A DNA stretch of 56,428 nucleotides, from positions 1-56,428 of the forward strand of contig JAFQGY010000246.1 of assembly GCA_017415325.1 (NCBI GenBank), written 5' to 3'. The notes below the pieces were generated by a model. That model was not told the origin of the DNA, searched no databases, and saw nothing but the letters and a program-made list of their open reading frames with translations. Both the position numbers and the translations under genes were made by a program. This DNA is from Clostridia bacterium. Lineage in GTDB: Bacteria > Bacillota > Clostridia > Oscillospirales > CAG-272. Below are positions 10,089-18,388 of this stretch, piece by piece (position 1 is the first letter of the stretch; each line of letters opens with the position of its first letter).

Positions 10089-10637
10089 TCAGTCCTTCTG
10101 GTTGGCGCAGATGGAGACACCTGTGGAACCGTCGAATTCATCCACCCGGACGGAAACCACTTCTTCCTTGGAGGTGGGAATGTTCTTACCCACAAAGTCG
10201 GGGCGGATCGGCAGCTCCCGGTGTCCTCTGTCAATCAGCACGGCCAGCTGGATAGAGGAGGGGCGTCCGTGGGAAAATACGGCTTCGATGGCAGCTCTGG
10301 CTGTGCGGCCGGTATAGATCACATCGTCCACCAGAACCACACGTTTCCCGGTGATGTCAAAGGGAATGCTGTTCCCCGCCGCACGGATTCCCGCCGGTAC
10401 CTCGGTCAGGTCATCCCGGTACATGGTGATGTCGATATAGGCAACAGGTACTTTTGTGTTCTCGAATCTTTCTATATTGGAAGCCAGAATGTCTGCCAGC
10501 ACTGCTCCTCTGCGCCGGATTCCGATGATGCACAGATCGGCAGTTCCCCGGTTCCGTTCGATGATTTCGTGGGTGATCCGGGTCAGGGAACGGCGCATGG
10601 CAGCTTCGTCCATGATTTCGGATTTGATAATCAGCAT
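10089..10637 (-). CDS. pyrR: bifunctional pyrimidine operon regulator / uracil phosphoribosyltransferase PyrR
   Basis: The [21 protein letters not shown]-binding motif and the overall sequence fit PyrR. AGGAGG RBS. Start set at MLIIK (10637). Confidence 0.9.
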   Translation of the reverse strand: MLIIKSEIMDEAAMRRSLTRITHEIIERNRGTADLCIIGIRRRGAVLADILASNIERFENTKVPVAYIDITMYRDDLTEVPAGIRAAGNSIPFDITGKRVVLVDDVIYTGRTARAAIEAVFSHGRPSSIQLAVLIDRGHRELPIRPDFVGKNIPTSKEEVVSVRVDEFDGSTGVSICANQKD

Positions 10638-10658
10638 GGGTTCCCCTCCTTGACAAAG

Positions 10659-10739
10659 AAAAAAATCCTGCCTGCCACGACAAGATTTCAAGAAACAACT
10701 GACTTTTCGACAAAAGCCCCTATTATAAGATGAAATCTT
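10659..10739 (-). promoter_or_regulatory. pyr leader attenuator with mutually exclusive terminator and antiterminator
   Basis: Minus-strand terminator: AAAUCUUG..CAGGAUUU followed by U7 (plus 10659-10688), about 20 nt upstream of the pyrR RBS. Upstream AAGAUUUCA (plus 10731-10739) is complementary to UGAAAUCUU (plus 10682-10690), which overlaps the 5' arm of the terminator. Confidence 0.5.
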
Positions 10740-10820
10740 TCCGGCATCACTGTACCGCCGAGAACCACACAGGGCGCTCGTCGAGCCATATCACAGCTCT
10801 GTTAAAAAATTTCTGCTATA

Positions 10821-10849
10821 AGTATATCAAATTATGGACAATTTGTAAA
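10821..10849 (-). promoter_or_regulatory. sigma-A-type promoter for pyrR-uraA
   Basis: Minus strand reads TTTACA - 17 nt - TATACT. Confidence 0.5.
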
Positions 10850-10901
10850 CGTGTAAATGCGACAAACTTTTCTGCCATTTATGTGCGCTTTTTTCGCATT
10901 C

Positions 10902-11423
10902 TTACAGCAGAATCTCATAAGCCACCCGTGGTGCACCGCTTTCCAGAAAAATGGTGCCGCAGTGGGTGAATCCGTTCTTTTCCAGCATTCCCCGCATGGC
11001 CAGATTGCCCTGGTGGGTGTCGATCCGCAGACTGGAAAAACCGGCATTTTTGGACATGGTTTTGGCAAATGCCATTGTCTGTCCTGCCACACCACGATTC
11101 CGGAAATCGGGAGAAACAGTAATCCGGTGTACGGCGGCGTAGTTTCCGGACTCTCCGGTGAGCCACTGCCCTTCCACAATCCGGTCGTAGGTTGGTTCTC
11201 CCGTAAAAATCAGCGCAAAAACAGAAGCGATCTTCCCGGGCACCTCCGGATCCTCGCTGACCCACAGCACATCGTCTGCTATATCTTTTTCGATATCTTC
11301 TCTGGCCGGATATCCGTTCTGCCACTGGTCAATCCCGAACCGGGCAATGGCGGCTCTGCCCTGGTCATACAAATCCGGCAGAATCTCCAGATCCTCCGGC
11401 ACTGCTTTGCGGAACGTCAGCAT
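10902..11423 (-). CDS. GNAT family N-acetyltransferase
   Basis: The RNRGVAGQ acetyl-CoA-binding motif (Q/RxxGxG/A) is present. GAGGTG RBS. Start set at MLTFRK (11423). Confidence 0.8.
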   Translation of the reverse strand: MLTFRKAVPEDLEILPDLYDQGRAAIARFGIDQWQNGYPAREDIEKDIADDVLWVSEDPEVPGKIASVFALIFTGEPTYDRIVEGQWLTGESGNYAAVHRITVSPDFRNRGVAGQTMAFAKTMSKNAGFSSLRIDTHQGNLAMRGMLEKNGFTHCGTIFLESGAPRVAYEILL

Positions 11424-11511
11424 ATGCAAACACCTCATTCTGTATTTTGGACAGTATAACATAAAATGATCCGCCCGTCAAGATTCTGCGGCATTTTCCG
11501 CAAAATAGGGG

Positions 11512-11540
11512 TTGCAATCCATCGGTATTTCCGGTATAAT
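11512..11540 (+). promoter_or_regulatory. sigma-A-type promoter for the GRE-activase gene
   Basis: TTGCAA (11512-11517) - 17 nt - TATAAT (11535-11540). Confidence 0.6.
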
Positions 11541-11577
11541 AGCGGTAATAACTGGTGTTTTGACAGGAGAGCAATTT

Positions 11578-12480
11578 ATGGAATCCGGCATTGTTTTTAA
11601 TATACAGAAATTTTCTATCCACGACGGCCCCGGCATCCGCACCAATGTGTTCCTCAAGGGATGTCCTCTGCGCTGTCTCTGGTGCCACAATCCGGAAGGA
11701 CTGGAAGCGGAACCGGAAGTGGAGTTTGAAGGAACCAAGTGCATCGGCTGCGGCGCCTGCGGAATCTGCGAACACGGCTGCCACAGTTTTTCCGAGGAGC
11801 TGGGCCATATCTACAACCGGGCAGAATGTGAACGGTGCGGCAAATGCATTGAATTCTGTCCTGCTGTGGCACTGAAGCTGGCGGGAACCACCCAGACCGT
11901 GGACGAAGTGATGACCAAAGTCATGGCGGACAAGCCCTTCTACGACAAAAGCGGCGGCGGCATGACCCTCTCCGGCGGAGAACCGCTGTATCAGCCAGCC
12001 TTTGCCCTTGCCTTGCTGAAAGAAGCAAAAAACCGCGGGCTGAATACTGCACTGGAAACCTCCGGCTTTGCGTCTGCCTCTGTGTTCGAGTCTGTTCTGC
12101 CCTACACGGATCTGCTGCTGCTGGACTACAAGGTGACCGGAGAAGAAAACCATAAAAAGTACACCGGCGTTCCCCAGGCTCCCATTCTGGCCAATCTGGA
12201 ACGGGCGGACGCTTTCGGGGTGGACATTGTACTGCGCTGTCCCCTGATTCCCGGCATCAACATGAACGAAGACCATTATAAAGCCATTGCCGCCACGGCA
12301 GACAAATACCCGCACATCATCCGTGTGGATCTGGAACCCTACCACACACTGGGTACCGGCAAGCTGTCCAGACTGGGGAAGGAAGGCGGTTTTGTCACCG
12401 AGATGCCCGAGAAGGATCAGATGGAAGAAATCCGCAGACATATCAAAAGCATGTGCTCCAAACCGGTAGCAGTATCGTAA
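11578..12480 (+). CDS. glycyl-radical enzyme activating protein (radical SAM, with a ferredoxin-like double-cluster insert)
   Basis: CPLRCLWCHN radical-SAM motif, then CIGCGACGICEHGC and CERCGKCIEFCP auxiliary cluster motifs. GGAG RBS. Start set at MESG (11578). Confidence 0.85.
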   Translation: MESGIVFNIQKFSIHDGPGIRTNVFLKGCPLRCLWCHNPEGLEAEPEVEFEGTKCIGCGACGICEHGCHSFSEELGHIYNRAECERCGKCIEFCPAVALKLAGTTQTVDEVMTKVMADKPFYDKSGGGMTLSGGEPLYQPAFALALLKEAKNRGLNTALETSGFASASVFESVLPYTDLLLLDYKVTGEENHKKYTGVPQAPILANLERADAFGVDIVLRCPLIPGINMNEDHYKAIAATADKYPHIIRVDLEPYHTLGTGKLSRLGKEGGFVTEMPEKDQMEEIRRHIKSMCSKPVAVS

Positions 12481-12613
12481 AAAATAAGAGATAAGAAGTA
12501 AGAAATAAGAAGTATGCAGCAGAAAACGGCTTACAGAAAGGATGTGGAATCCTTCTCTGCAGGCCGTTCTGCGTTTCACGGACTATTTCTTATATCTGAT
12601 CTCTTATTTTTCT
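12479..12613. repeat. ~135-bp palindromic AT-rich element: ~35-nt terminal inverted repeats flanking a GC-rich hairpin that also acts as a bidirectional terminator
   Basis: Left arm: AAAAAATAAGAGATAAGAAGTAAGAAATAAGAAGTA (12479-12514). Right arm is its imperfect reverse complement (12583-12612). The core pairs GCAGAAAACGGC with GCCGTTCTGC and contains an inner AGAAAGGAT/ATCCTTCTCT hairpin. Confidence 0.7.
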
Positions 12614-12614
12614 T

Positions 12615-14669
12615 TTACTTCCACTTGATTTCCGCGAATACATCATCCGGCAGTTCGGGCGTGACTCTGGTGCCGTTCAGACGATAGCCCAGAATCCCTT
12701 CGATCAGCACGGAAACAGGGGCGCTGGCCCAGGGGTGACAGAGGGAGGTATTCCATTTCTGATCCTTGCCCCAGGCTTCATAACAGGTGGTGGCGCCTTC
12801 CTTTACCATATTGTACCATGCTTCGTCACAGGTCAGGAAGTGATATGCGGCGTCACGGTATCCGGCATTGCACAGACCATGCAGCATGAAGTAAGTCACA
12901 TACACACCCGCCCGGATGCCCTTGTCGATAACCACCTTTGCCACAGCATCCCGGTATCCTTCCGGACAGATATCGTAGTACAGGGGAATACAGTTGGACT
13001 GCAGAGCAGAATGGGTGGTTTTGGTGCTGTCGTGGTATTTCCCTTCCGTCTTGTCAAAGAAAGCATTGTTGAAGGCTTCCTTCACCTTGTCAGCCATGGG
13101 AACATAGTCCACACCAGCAATGCGGCACAGTTCTTCGTAGCCATACAGACAGCCTGTCCAGAAGGCATTGAGTACACAGTGGGGCCCTGCTTCCGGCACC
13201 GGTTCCAGCACAAAATCGTATCCGTCCCGGAGATTTTTCGGCCAGTCCACCAGATTCCACATGGTATCCATCTGATCCAGCAGACCGTCGGCATTGATAA
13301 AGCCCTTGAAATACTCAATCATCCCGGTGAGGGTGGGCATGGCAGCACGGAGGAAGTCCAGATTTCCGGTAAAGTCATAGTGCCGTTTCAGCAGGATGGG
13401 CAGCTGCAGGGAGTAATCGGCGATTTTCTGATCCAGCGCACCGGGAGTCACCGCACGGATGCCGGGGAAATACTTTGCGGAATCCAGCTGGGCGATGATG
13501 GCCCGTTCCAGCATGGTCACATCCCCCGTCAGCCACAGGTGGGAATGGGAGGTAATGGTCAGGTCACCCGCATACTGGCCTTTTTCCCGGGAGGGACAGT
13601 CCATGAACACTTCCTGTGCGCCGACCTTCACGCCTTCCTTGCAGATCCGGAATACATCTTCCAGTCTGTCATCGTTGGTTTCCAGCACACAGTGGTCATA
13701 GTCAAAGGGTGCATACCGCACGTCCGCCGACAGATCCCATGCAGGGGAACCGGACACCGGCTGGATCTCCACGTACCGGAAGGTCTTATAGTCATACTGC
13801 CGCACATCGTTCTTCCCTTCCGCCAGGGTAATGGTTTCGTCGTACACGCAGTTGCAGCGCATTTCGTACCGTACACCTTCGGAGGCCACCATGGCATCGG
13901 GATCCGCCTCGGCCAGCAGTTCCTCTCCCGCCAGAACCCGCACCTGATCGCCCGCATGTCCCATGAGAGACAGCTTTATATGTGCTGCAACTTCCGTACC
14001 GAAATCATAGAGCATCCCGCCCATGGGTCTCTTTTCTGCATCCGGCAGCAGCATCCATTCCTGCACGGGCTTTTTGTTTGTCACGGAAATGATGAAAGCA
14101 GGGTTTTCGTCAAGCACATACACCGGATTTTCGATCAGCACGGCAGGCACAGCTTCTCCCAGCGGCAGGCGGCAGTCGAAATGTTCCAGGAACTGGGTGT
14201 GATAGCCGGTGTGGCTTTTGCCTGTATACCGGGGGTCTTCTGCGCAGAGCCAGCCCTCATCCGTGGCAGCAAGCACTGTGTCCCCTTTCGTGATCTCTGC
14301 CAGCAGACCGCAGCGCATATCCGCACTTTCCCACACACGGTTGTACAGCCCCTGGGAGAACACATCCACAGCAATCCGGTTTTCCCCTTTCACAAGGTAT
14401 GCGGAAATGTCCTTACGGTTCCATGCATACCGGAACAGGTAGGACGGCGCCGGGCCCTGGCAGACGTATGTATCATTGATTGTCAGCACATAATAATCGT
14501 CCGCACTGATGGATACGGTGATACCGGCGGGGTCGTCCACTGTTACCGTATTGGTAAACCGGAAATGGCGGTTCTGGTATTCGGCGGGGCTGTCTTTCGG
14601 ATCGGGTTCCATGGGAGCGGCGTCCGCAAAGGCAGGGGGCATGATCCATTTTGCTTTTTCGGGAAACAT
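12615..14669 (-). CDS. alpha-L-rhamnosidase-like glycoside hydrolase (GH78 six-hairpin catalytic domain)
   Basis: The FMDCPSREKGQYAGD motif is typical of bacterial GH78 catalytic domains. AAGGA RBS. ATG at 14669 preferred over the TTG at 14690. Confidence 0.75.
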   Translation of the reverse strand: MFPEKAKWIMPPAFADAAPMEPDPKDSPAEYQNRHFRFTNTVTVDDPAGITVSISADDYYVLTINDTYVCQGPAPSYLFRYAWNRKDISAYLVKGENRIAVDVFSQGLYNRVWESADMRCGLLAEITKGDTVLAATDEGWLCAEDPRYTGKSHTGYHTQFLEHFDCRLPLGEAVPAVLIENPVYVLDENPAFIISVTNKKPVQEWMLLPDAEKRPMGGMLYDFGTEVAAHIKLSLMGHAGDQVRVLAGEELLAEADPDAMVASEGVRYEMRCNCVYDETITLAEGKNDVRQYDYKTFRYVEIQPVSGSPAWDLSADVRYAPFDYDHCVLETNDDRLEDVFRICKEGVKVGAQEVFMDCPSREKGQYAGDLTITSHSHLWLTGDVTMLERAIIAQLDSAKYFPGIRAVTPGALDQKIADYSLQLPILLKRHYDFTGNLDFLRAAMPTLTGMIEYFKGFINADGLLDQMDTMWNLVDWPKNLRDGYDFVLEPVPEAGPHCVLNAFWTGCLYGYEELCRIAGVDYVPMADKVKEAFNNAFFDKTEGKYHDSTKTTHSALQSNCIPLYYDICPEGYRDAVAKVVIDKGIRAGVYVTYFMLHGLCNAGYRDAAYHFLTCDEAWYNMVKEGATTCYEAWGKDQKWNTSLCHPWASAPVSVLIEGILGYRLNGTRVTPELPDDVFAEIKWK

Positions 14670-14686
14670 AGTTGTATGTCCTTTCG

Positions 14687-15328
14687 TCAATGTTCGTCGT
14701 CGGCAAAAATTTCGTCTTCCAGAGCGGCGCAGAGCCAGTGGTATACCGGCAGATGCAGCTCCTGTACCTGATAGGTTTCGGTTTTCGGTACCCGGATGGT
14801 CATATCACAGAGGGCGGACAGCTTCGATTCCTTCGCACCGGTGAGTCCCACAGTGGCCAGCCCCATGGCTTTTGCCACCTTCATGGCGTTGACCACATTT
14901 TTGGAATTGCCGGTAGTGGTGATCCCCATGACCAGATCCCCCGGTCTCGCATATCCGTAGACCTGCTGGGCAAAAACCATATCCGCTGCCACATCATTGT
15001 TGAACGCAGTCTGCACGGCACTCTGGGACACCAGCGATATGGCCGGGATTCCCCTCTGGAGATTCGCCGCAAAATAGTCCGCATCTTCCGGGAATAGGGC
15101 GTCAAACGCATCTCTGTCCGCCTGCAGGGGAGGTCTTTTCAGCAGGAAGCCCTTCATCAGCTCTCCCACAATATGCTCCGAATCCGCCGCACTGCCGCCG
15201 TTGCCGCAGAACAGCATTTTTCCGCCGGAACGGTAGCAGTCCAGCATAATTTCGTATGCTTTCACAATCTCTTCTGCGCACACAGCCAGTTCCGGATACC
15301 GGTCTGTGAGAATCTGTATGTTCATCAT
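14687..15328 (-). CDS. SIS-domain sugar-phosphate isomerase (GmhA/sedoheptulose-7-P isomerase-like)
   Basis: FCGNGGSAADSEH and TTTGNSKNV SIS motifs. Its start overlaps the ROK stop (ATGATGA). Confidence 0.8.
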   Translation of the reverse strand: MMNIQILTDRYPELAVCAEEIVKAYEIMLDCYRSGGKMLFCGNGGSAADSEHIVGELMKGFLLKRPPLQADRDAFDALFPEDADYFAANLQRGIPAISLVSQSAVQTAFNNDVAADMVFAQQVYGYARPGDLVMGITTTGNSKNVVNAMKVAKAMGLATVGLTGAKESKLSALCDMTIRVPKTETYQVQELHLPVYHWLCAALEDEIFADDEH

Positions 15329-16278
15329 ATCGTCCAGTCCTTTCCTTCAGCGGCAACGGTCAGCGCCGCAATATCTCCGATGTTTTCATCCAGTTTGGCA
15401 GGCACCACTTCCACCGCATCGTATGCCAGTGGCAGGCATTCCCGCCGCAGCACCGTCTGCATTTTTTCTGCCAGCAGCGCACTGTCCCGCATATAGATGG
15501 AGCCCAGTACGATCCGCTCCGGGTTCAGCACGTCCACCAGAATGGACAGCCCGGCTCCCAGCTTTTCCGCACAGATGTCGTATACCAGCACCGCATCTTC
15601 GTTTCCTTCTCTGGCGGCAATGGCAACGGATTTGGCGGTGATTTCGTTCATTTTTTCCATGGATTCACAGAAGGAACAGGTCTTCCCCTGCTGGAACAGT
15701 TCCAGCGCAACGTTTTTCCCGATCTGTGCAATGCCGCTTCCGCTGCAGAACCCTTCAAAGGAACCGGATTTGCCGTATCCCACAGGGCCGTATGGCGCCA
15801 TCCGCACATGCCCAATTTCTCCGGCCATATCGGAAGTACCGCTGTACAGACGCCCGTTCAGCACCAGACCGGCCCCCATGCCCGTTCCAAAGGTCAGGAA
15901 AATCATATTCCGGGTACCCACACCGGCACCGTATTTCCATTCCGCCAGCGCACAGGCATTGGCATCGTTGCACAGATATGCAGGGACTCCGGTGGCTTCC
16001 CGCAGCAGTCGGTTGATTTCGATATGATCCCATCCGGGCAGATTCGGAGGAGACAGTATCACGCCTTTTCCGGAATCCAGCGGGCCGCCGCAGCTGACGC
16101 CGATGGACTCCACAGGTTCCGGACTGGCCTGACAAAGCCCTACAGCCGTTTCAATGATCTGGTTCAGGGTGGTGTCCACGTCTTTTGTTTCAAACTTCAC
16201 CTTCCGCACGATGGTTCCGTCCTTTTTACCCAGCACCAGCGCACACTTGGTTCCGCCTATGTCTATCCCTAAGTACAT
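15325..16278 (-). CDS. ROK family sugar kinase
   Basis: N-terminal GIDIGGTK motif, the LCNDANACALAEW motif and GHVRM..G..G..C..C-type ROK signatures. Confidence 0.85.
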   Translation of the reverse strand: MYLGIDIGGTKCALVLGKKDGTIVRKVKFETKDVDTTLNQIIETAVGLCQASPEPVESIGVSCGGPLDSGKGVILSPPNLPGWDHIEINRLLREATGVPAYLCNDANACALAEWKYGAGVGTRNMIFLTFGTGMGAGLVLNGRLYSGTSDMAGEIGHVRMAPYGPVGYGKSGSFEGFCSGSGIAQIGKNVALELFQQGKTCSFCESMEKMNEITAKSVAIAAREGNEDAVLVYDICAEKLGAGLSILVDVLNPERIVLGSIYMRDSALLAEKMQTVLRRECLPLAYDAVEVVPAKLDENIGDIAALTVAAEGKDWTI

Positions 16279-16355
16279 AAGTACCTCCGCGATTCTTTTT
16301 TCTTTATTTTACCATACTTCCGGTATATTACAAGCCTTTCTTTGTAAATTTCCAT

Positions 16356-16379
16356 AAAAAAACCGCTCTCTCCTGCGGT
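16356..16379 (-). terminator. intrinsic terminator after the DUF1540 gene
   Basis: On the minus strand, an ACCGC/GCGGU stem is followed by U7. Confidence 0.5.
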
Positions 16380-16413
16380 CGGCAGAAAAAAGCGGTCTTT
16401 TGGGGTATTTCGT

Positions 16414-16614
16414 TTATCTGGTTTCGCCGCAGCAGGACGCGCTGCCCAGCACAAAGGATTCACAGTCCACACACTGTACCACAGTAGGGTTCTTTTCGTG
16501 GGTACCGATGACTACCTTTTCCAGAGAGCAGTAGTTTTCGCTCTGGGCATGGTGGGCGCAGTTCTTGACAGAGCAGGAAATGCAGTGGTTGGGTTTCTTG
16601 GTTTCCATGGACAC
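16414..16614 (-). CDS. DUF1540 domain protein (small Cys-rich, sporulation-associated family)
   Basis: The two repeated C..V..C motifs (CSVKNCAHH / VQCVDCESF) are typical of DUF1540. Confidence 0.75.
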   Translation of the reverse strand: MSMETKKPNHCISCSVKNCAHHAQSENYCSLEKVVIGTHEKNPTVVQCVDCESFVLGSASCCGETR

Positions 16615-16692
16615 TTACCTCGGTTTCTTGATGTGAAATCCGCTTTGGGATTCCCGGGGTTATTGTGTCCCGTCTGGACCCGGTTTATTCAC

Positions 16693-17736
16693 TCAGTTTC
16701 CGGAAGAAGCCGGTATAGGCTGCCAGGGTTCCTCATAAGCAAGAAACGGAATCATCTCCCATTCCCAGGATTCCACCCGACCGCCGGTACACAGAAGCTT
16801 CACCCGGAACACGCCGGTTTCCATTTCCGGGAAACGTGTATCCCCTGAAAGAAAACTGCCCAGAGACGGTACGATCACACCGTCAGCGTAGGATACAGGT
16901 TCATACAAAGTTGTAGAGTGTGTGGCCAGCACCATATCCGCACCAGATTCGATCATGGAACAGTACGCCGCAAACACTTCCGGACTGTCCGGTTCCATAC
17001 CCATATGTCCGTGGGGATAGATGACCACCAGATCACAGGAAGCCGATGCATTGCCGATCCAGCCGAGAATCCGGGGCAGATCCGTTTCCGCATCTTCCAG
17101 CCGGCAGGGATACACACCGATCCGGATGTCATGTTTTTCCAGATATACCGCTTTTTCGTCATCTCCCCACAACAGACCGGCGTCTTCCAGAGCGGTTTTG
17201 GTATCCGCATATCCTTCCGCACCGTAGTCCTTTGTATGATCCGTGGCAAGCGATACAATATCAATACTACCTTCCGCAAGCACCTGTGCACCGGCAGCGG
17301 GAGCCAGATACCAGGCACGTTCGTCGTCATTCTTTTCAGCAGGGCGATACTCCCCGTCGCTGAGCACACTGCCAAGAGCGCACACCGTCCAGTCATCTTC
17401 CGCCAGTACAGAGGACGCTCCCTTCAGAAAATAGGCAGGTCCTTCCATCTCCAGCTGTTCATTGAAGGTACCGTACGCACCGGACCCCAGCATGGAACCC
17501 ACAATACAGTTGCCCACAAAACCCATGGTCAGCACCTGTCTGGAATCGGCAGGCTCATCGATCATGGAAATTCTGCCGTCCGGGTCTGTCCGGGACATGG
17601 ACGCACTGCTGTCCAGAACCGGGATATAATTGGCACCGCTGAATACTGCACTGTGCAGAATCAGTCCGCCCGTCAGAAGTGCCAGCGCCGCACTGCAGAG
17701 AATCCGCTTGCAGAGTATGGAATCCTTTAAGGTCAC
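16693..17736 (-). CDS. CapA/PGA_cap family metallophosphatase-like exported protein
   Basis: N-terminal signal/anchor, DIVSLATDHTKDYG and VIYPHGHMG motifs, and the CapA-like layout. Confidence 0.7.
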   Translation of the reverse strand: MTLKDSILCKRILCSAALALLTGGLILHSAVFSGANYIPVLDSSASMSRTDPDGRISMIDEPADSRQVLTMGFVGNCIVGSMLGSGAYGTFNEQLEMEGPAYFLKGASSVLAEDDWTVCALGSVLSDGEYRPAEKNDDERAWYLAPAAGAQVLAEGSIDIVSLATDHTKDYGAEGYADTKTALEDAGLLWGDDEKAVYLEKHDIRIGVYPCRLEDAETDLPRILGWIGNASASCDLVVIYPHGHMGMEPDSPEVFAAYCSMIESGADMVLATHSTTLYEPVSYADGVIVPSLGSFLSGDTRFPEMETGVFRVKLLCTGGRVESWEWEMIPFLAYEEPWQPIPASSGN

Positions 17737-17842
17737 AACACGTCCTCCCTTTCTGAAAAAACCACAGTATACCTATGATATTGCCTTATAGTATACCATA
17801 ATTCTCCAGGAATTGCAAGAGGAAGAATGGGGTCATTTCCCG

Positions 17843-18388
17843 TCAGTCTGTCCTTTTCCTCTGAATTTTTCCGATTTCGTCCGGAATTGCTGAAAAATCC
17901 GCCACAAGAGAATGGGGTTTTCCGGACGGATCGTCCATGGACATGGGGGCGAAATACACGTTTTTCCGGCTGCGCAGAATCCCGATGTTTGACAGATTGG
18001 CGGACAGAGCATCGTTTGTGGCAAGGGCTATGAGCAGGGGACGGTCGGAGCGGAGATGGGCTTTGGCGGCCATGGTGACGGCGGTGTCCGTGATCCCGTG
18101 GGCCATTTTGGCCAGTGTATTGCCGGTACAGGGGGCAATCACCAGAAGATCCAGTGCTTCTGCCGGGCCAAGGGGTTCCGCTTCGGCAATGGTGCGGATG
18201 GGCTCTCTACCGCACAGGGCCCGCAGGATCTCCAGCAGATCTGCCGCTTTGCCGAAACGGGTATCCGTGGAGGCGGCAGTTTCGCTGAGGATGGGAACGA
18301 TGGTATGCTCTTCTGCCAGTTTTTCCAGAACGGCAATACTTCTGGCATGGGTGCAGAAGGAGCCGCACAGGGCATATCCGATTTTCAT
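17843..18388 (-). CDS. dpaB: dipicolinate synthase subunit B
   Basis: MKIGYALCGSFCT...IAPCTGNTLAKMA is a flavoprotein-like SpoVFB signature. The start overlaps the dpaA stop. Confidence 0.85.
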   Translation of the reverse strand: MKIGYALCGSFCTHARSIAVLEKLAEEHTIVPILSETAASTDTRFGKAADLLEILRALCGREPIRTIAEAEPLGPAEALDLLVIAPCTGNTLAKMAHGITDTAVTMAAKAHLRSDRPLLIALATNDALSANLSNIGILRSRKNVYFAPMSMDDPSGKPHSLVADFSAIPDEIGKIQRKRTD

